Of a DNA stretch of 64,000 bases, positions 60,462-64,000 are shown piece by piece. The notes below the pieces were generated by a model. The model saw nothing but the letters and a program-made list of their open reading frames with translations. It was not told the DNA's origin and made no database searches. The stretch covers positions 1-64,000 of the forward strand of contig JAVECO010000066.1 of NCBI GenBank assembly GCA_051942205.1. Reading direction: 5' to 3'. The stretch is from Coniocarpon cinnabarinum (Eukaryota). A program made the position numbers and the translations under genes. Position 1 is the stretch's first letter; each line of letters opens with the position of its first letter.

Positions 60462-62824
60462 ATGGCCGAGGAAGACGAGCGTCGATGGCAAAGCAATCGA
60501 CTGTCAGTGACGCCTCCTCATCGCGAGACCGATGGGCACACATTACCAAACCATCCTCGGCGGCATCGTCCAAGCTTTCAGTATGACGACGAACGTCTTG
60601 TGCAGACCACGCCGCCCGCGTCGCCGTTGGGTTTCGAAGGCGCATATTTCGCCTCGAACGAAGATGCAGATCCTACCAAGAATACGCGCGGGACGAGAGA
60701 TGCGCTGGGAGAAGGAAGGCCGAATGTATTCAAGAGAACGGATACCGCCATGAGCACGACGAGGATTTTGGCTCAGAAGCATGGGGTCCGCCACCCACGG
60801 CTCATGTAAGCATCAGCAAGCTATATCAAGAGTTCGAGCCGGTGCATGGTGTACTGATGCATGCCCATCTTGCAGGTACCTCGACTACTATCTACCATCA
60901 TTGCGATGGATTCAGCAATATAAAGTGGCTTACTTAACAGGCGACCTCGTTGCCGCGCTGACGATGGCTTCCTTCTATATACCAATGTCTCTGTCGTACG
61001 CGGCTAATCTCGGCCATCTCCCACCGGTGCAAGGCCTTTACTCATTTGTCTTCAATCCCTTGGTCTATGCGCTTCTGGGTACTTGCCCGCAGATGATCGT
61101 TGGCCCTGAGGCGCCGGGATCGTTGCTGCTTGGAGGCGTCGTGGTTGACAGCATTCGCAAAGGCCACGCCAGGGACGAAGATGGTGAAATACATGCGCAG
61201 ATCGCGGGCGTCGTGACCGGCATTGCAGGCGCTGTCCTCCTCCTCTCGGGTTTTGCTCGACTCGGCTTCCTGGACAACGTATTGAGCAGACCATTCCTGC
61301 GTGGTTTTATCAGCGCTATAGGCATTGTCATTATCATCGACCAGCTCATACCGGAGATGGGATTGAGCAGTCGTGTAGCGCTTGACGAGAGTGCACAACA
61401 TGGCAGCACCATCGCAAAGGCCATTTTCATCGTCAAGAACATTAAGCAAGCTCATGGGCTGACGTCTGCTGTCTCGTTTGGCACACTTGCCGTCACTTTA
61501 GTCTGTCGTGAAGTCAAACGCAGGTTGCAGCCGCGTTATCCAAAGGTCGCCTACATTCCTGACCGCTTCCTCATCGTCGTCACTGCCACCTTACTTGCCT
61601 GGAACTACACATGGGCTGACCAAGGCCTGGCAATCCTTGGTGAAGTCAAGTCGCAGGACATTCGCCTGTTCCAAGCACATTTTCCCCTTGACTTCAAGAA
61701 CATCAAACATCTCGAGTCCGCTCTGAGCTCGTCATTTCTTATCTCACTGCTTGGCTTCTTCGAGTCGTCTGTCGCAGCTAAAAGTCTCGGCGCTGGCCCA
61801 CCAGACGGGATCCAAAATATTCAACTCAGCGCGAATCGCGAGCTGGTAGGTCTCGGAGCTGCGAACATTGTGGGCGGCATCTTCATGGCCCTTCCTGCCT
61901 TCGGTGGCTATGGACGCAGCAAGGTCAATGCTTCGACAGGCGGTAAGACACCCATGAGCAGTGTCTTCCTTAGTTTGATCACGCTGTTGTGTACATTCTT
62001 CCTGCTCCCAGCATTTTTCTATATTCCGGTACGTTGTTATGCGGCGGTGCTCGGGCTCTGCTGACGCTGTGCAGAAGGGTGTTCTTTGCGCTATGATCTC
62101 CGTGGTGGCCTGGTCCCTTGTCGAAGAAGCGCCGCACGATCTCATGTTTTTCTGGCACATTCGAGGCTGGGCTGAGCTTTTTCTAGTTTTCCTGGTCTTC
62201 GTTGTGACCATCCTCTATTCACTTTCCCTTGGCATCGCCTGCGGAATAGGATTCTCATTGCTGCGGGTGATCAAGCACAGCACGCGTCCCCGCATCCAAA
62301 TCTTGGGCCGCGTTCACCAGACATCCGACCAGTTCGAAAATGCAGAGGCGGATCCCGATCGACTCGAATTTATCGAAGGATGCCTCATCATCAAGATACC
62401 AGAACCTCTGACATTTGCCAACACAGGCGATCTGAGAAATCGATTGCGTCGTTTGGAGCAGTATGGCACGGCAAATGCACATCCTGCTTTGCCACGTATT
62501 CGACACGAAGCCAATAATAAGAACATCATCTTCGACATTCATGGTGTTACAAGCCTGGATGGCGCTGGCGCCCAAGTGCTGTTTGAAATTTTAGCCTCTT
62601 ACAGGGCTAAAAATGTCAGAGTTTTCTTCTGCCGAGTCCCTCATCCCAGATCTGCTGTGTGGAAGCTCATGGAAAGATCGGGCATTGTTGATGTTTGCGG
62701 CGGACCGCATCATTTCGTCGAGAGCGTTAGCCAAGCGCTACGCATGACGGAGCTGGAGTCATCGACTGAGCCTTATCGTGACAACACAAATGACGTCGAC
62801 AGACAGGCTACTGAAGATGGATGA
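60462..62824 (+). CDS. SulP/SLC26 anion (sulfate) transporter with a STAS domain (YPR003C-like), 3 exons
   Basis: GDLVAALTMASFYIPMSLSYA, GLYS, VGPEA, RLGFLDNVLSRPFLRGF, NRELVGLG, GYGRSK and STAS motifs PLTFAN and DIHGVTSLDGAG. Confidence 0.93.
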
Positions 62825-62991
62825 TGCGTGGTCATTAATCGGCTGAGCAGGGCTGAGATCGTGCAAAGCCGGAGATACGTCAAAGATGGTGGATGAACAC
62901 ACTATCTTCGAAGCTTGCCGTTTGGCTGGTTGGGTCCCACCGTGTAAAATAAAACACGGGTCAGTTGCAACCAGGCCTACGCATTGTGAAC

Positions 62992-63736
62992 TCAACGACG
63001 CATGCCCGTTGTGCTGGAGCGCTTGTCACTCATCCCCTCGATGAGATCCTCTAGATCTTGGACTTTCCGACACAAATAATGGTGGTCGCTGTCAACACAA
63101 GTCAGCAAGCCACAACTTACTCTGTGAACTAGACCCAGATCAGACTACCTACACAGCCAAATCGGCAAGCTGCTTGGCCACTCTCCTCGTCTGCAACCGT
63201 GCTAATCGTGACTCAATCTCCACCACTCTACCTTTCCTGCGTAGCCACAGAATACGCTGCTGGAGACCGAGACTCCGGTAGTTGGTATCGTAGTAGTCGT
63301 CGGGATCAGCCTTGTCCAGGTCGTACTTGCCCTCACGATCGTAATAATCCCGTGGATGATCCAGAAAAGGATCCTCGAGGGCTTTGAAATCCCGAATCAT
63401 GTGTCTGACGGAATTGGCGAGGACGAAGAAAGCGCCCTCGTCGAACTGGCCTCTGTGACGACGACGGATCAGGCGAAGGTGCGCCTTTTCCTCGTACAGC
63501 GACTGTTTGACGTTGCCCAAATAGTCCTGAGAGTGTGAGACGCATTACCTTTGGGATTGGTCGAAGAGGGAAAAACTCACCGTGATCTCATAGTCGGCCG
63601 CCCGGATAGTGCTCAGATCCTGCCAAACCACCTTCAAGAGTGTCAGAAGGGTGGTAGGGAAAGTCAACAAGCTGATGAGGGTGGAAGCAAAGCTGATGGG
63701 TGCTAGTTTCGCGCTTGAGCTGACGACATTGCCCAT
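62992..63736 (-). CDS. Hypothetical protein with an N-terminal transmembrane helix, 3 exons
   Basis: MGNVVSSSAKLAPISFASTLISLLTF...YEIT | DYLGNVKQSLYEEK...RLQTRRVAKQLADLAV | DHHYL...RR*, with canonical introns. Confidence 0.75.
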
Positions 63737-64000
63737 TTCTTAGCTGTTGGCAGATGCATCCTCCAGATCAACTGCAGGCTTGTTCACGACTCGGCATGCA
63801 TGACCCGAGGCATGGTGGAGGTCCGCCGGAGGGGATTTGGGGTTTGTTTGTAGGACTGCAGCAGCTGTAAATAAAGCATCACACTCGTCGGCAGGATCGG
63901 AGTCTACGCCCGTTTTGTATTGCCGGCAACGTCTACGCGTGGTGGTCCGTGCGCCCATCCCATTGGTTGCATGTGACTAACGCTCCTGGATGTTGAACGA

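Noticed and set aside
63085..63152. Two donor-like sites suggesting a twin intron (stwintron)
   Set aside because: A single 64-nt GT-AG intron restores the frame, and the sub-introns would be only ~30 nt.
1..64000. CRISPR array, prokaryotic operon or defence system, secondary-metabolite cluster, intact transposon
   Set aside because: The DNA is intron-rich fungal sequence with no repeat-spacer array and no PKS, NRPS, terpene synthase, transposase or reverse transcriptase motifs seen.

Overview
This is eukaryotic DNA from a filamentous ascomycete (Pezizomycotina; Dothideomycetes is my inference from gene content and the RIP-type block). Evidence for this is the short GT-AG introns with CTRAC-type branch points. 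The window opens with a ~750-bp extremely AT-rich, TpA-rich and CpA-poor block typical of repeat-induced point mutation (RIP), then switches abruptly to a gene-dense region of balanced GC content. I reconstructed 23 protein genes by hand-splicing: gaaA-like D-galacturonate reductase, MFS monocarboxylate transporter, CIC1/UTP30, TOS4, NMD2/UPF2, an SDR, a peroxisomal MDR, ASK1, a KH protein, a hypothetical protein, SDT1, a BSP-family peptidase, a UFD1-domain zinc-finger protein, STU1, a putative F-box-like protein, an RGA-type RhoGAP, a RING E3, FIS1 (absent from the ORF track), SPC24, a GYF protein, an alpha/beta hydrolase, a SulP transporter and a small membrane protein. Two probable decayed genes are also present. 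I see no intact mobile element, tRNA, rRNA or secondary-metabolite cluster. The best candidates for new biology are RNA-level: (1) a long gaaA intron closed by nested inverted repeats that bury its branch point; (2) a UPF2 transcript architecture (overlapping uORF, a stop-creating optional intron and a terminal intron) that could make this NMD factor an NMD target; (3) a perfect 17-nt repeat in the 3' region of the KH-protein gene. All three are hypotheses from sequence reading only. Family names come from my recollection of homolog sequences, not from database searches.
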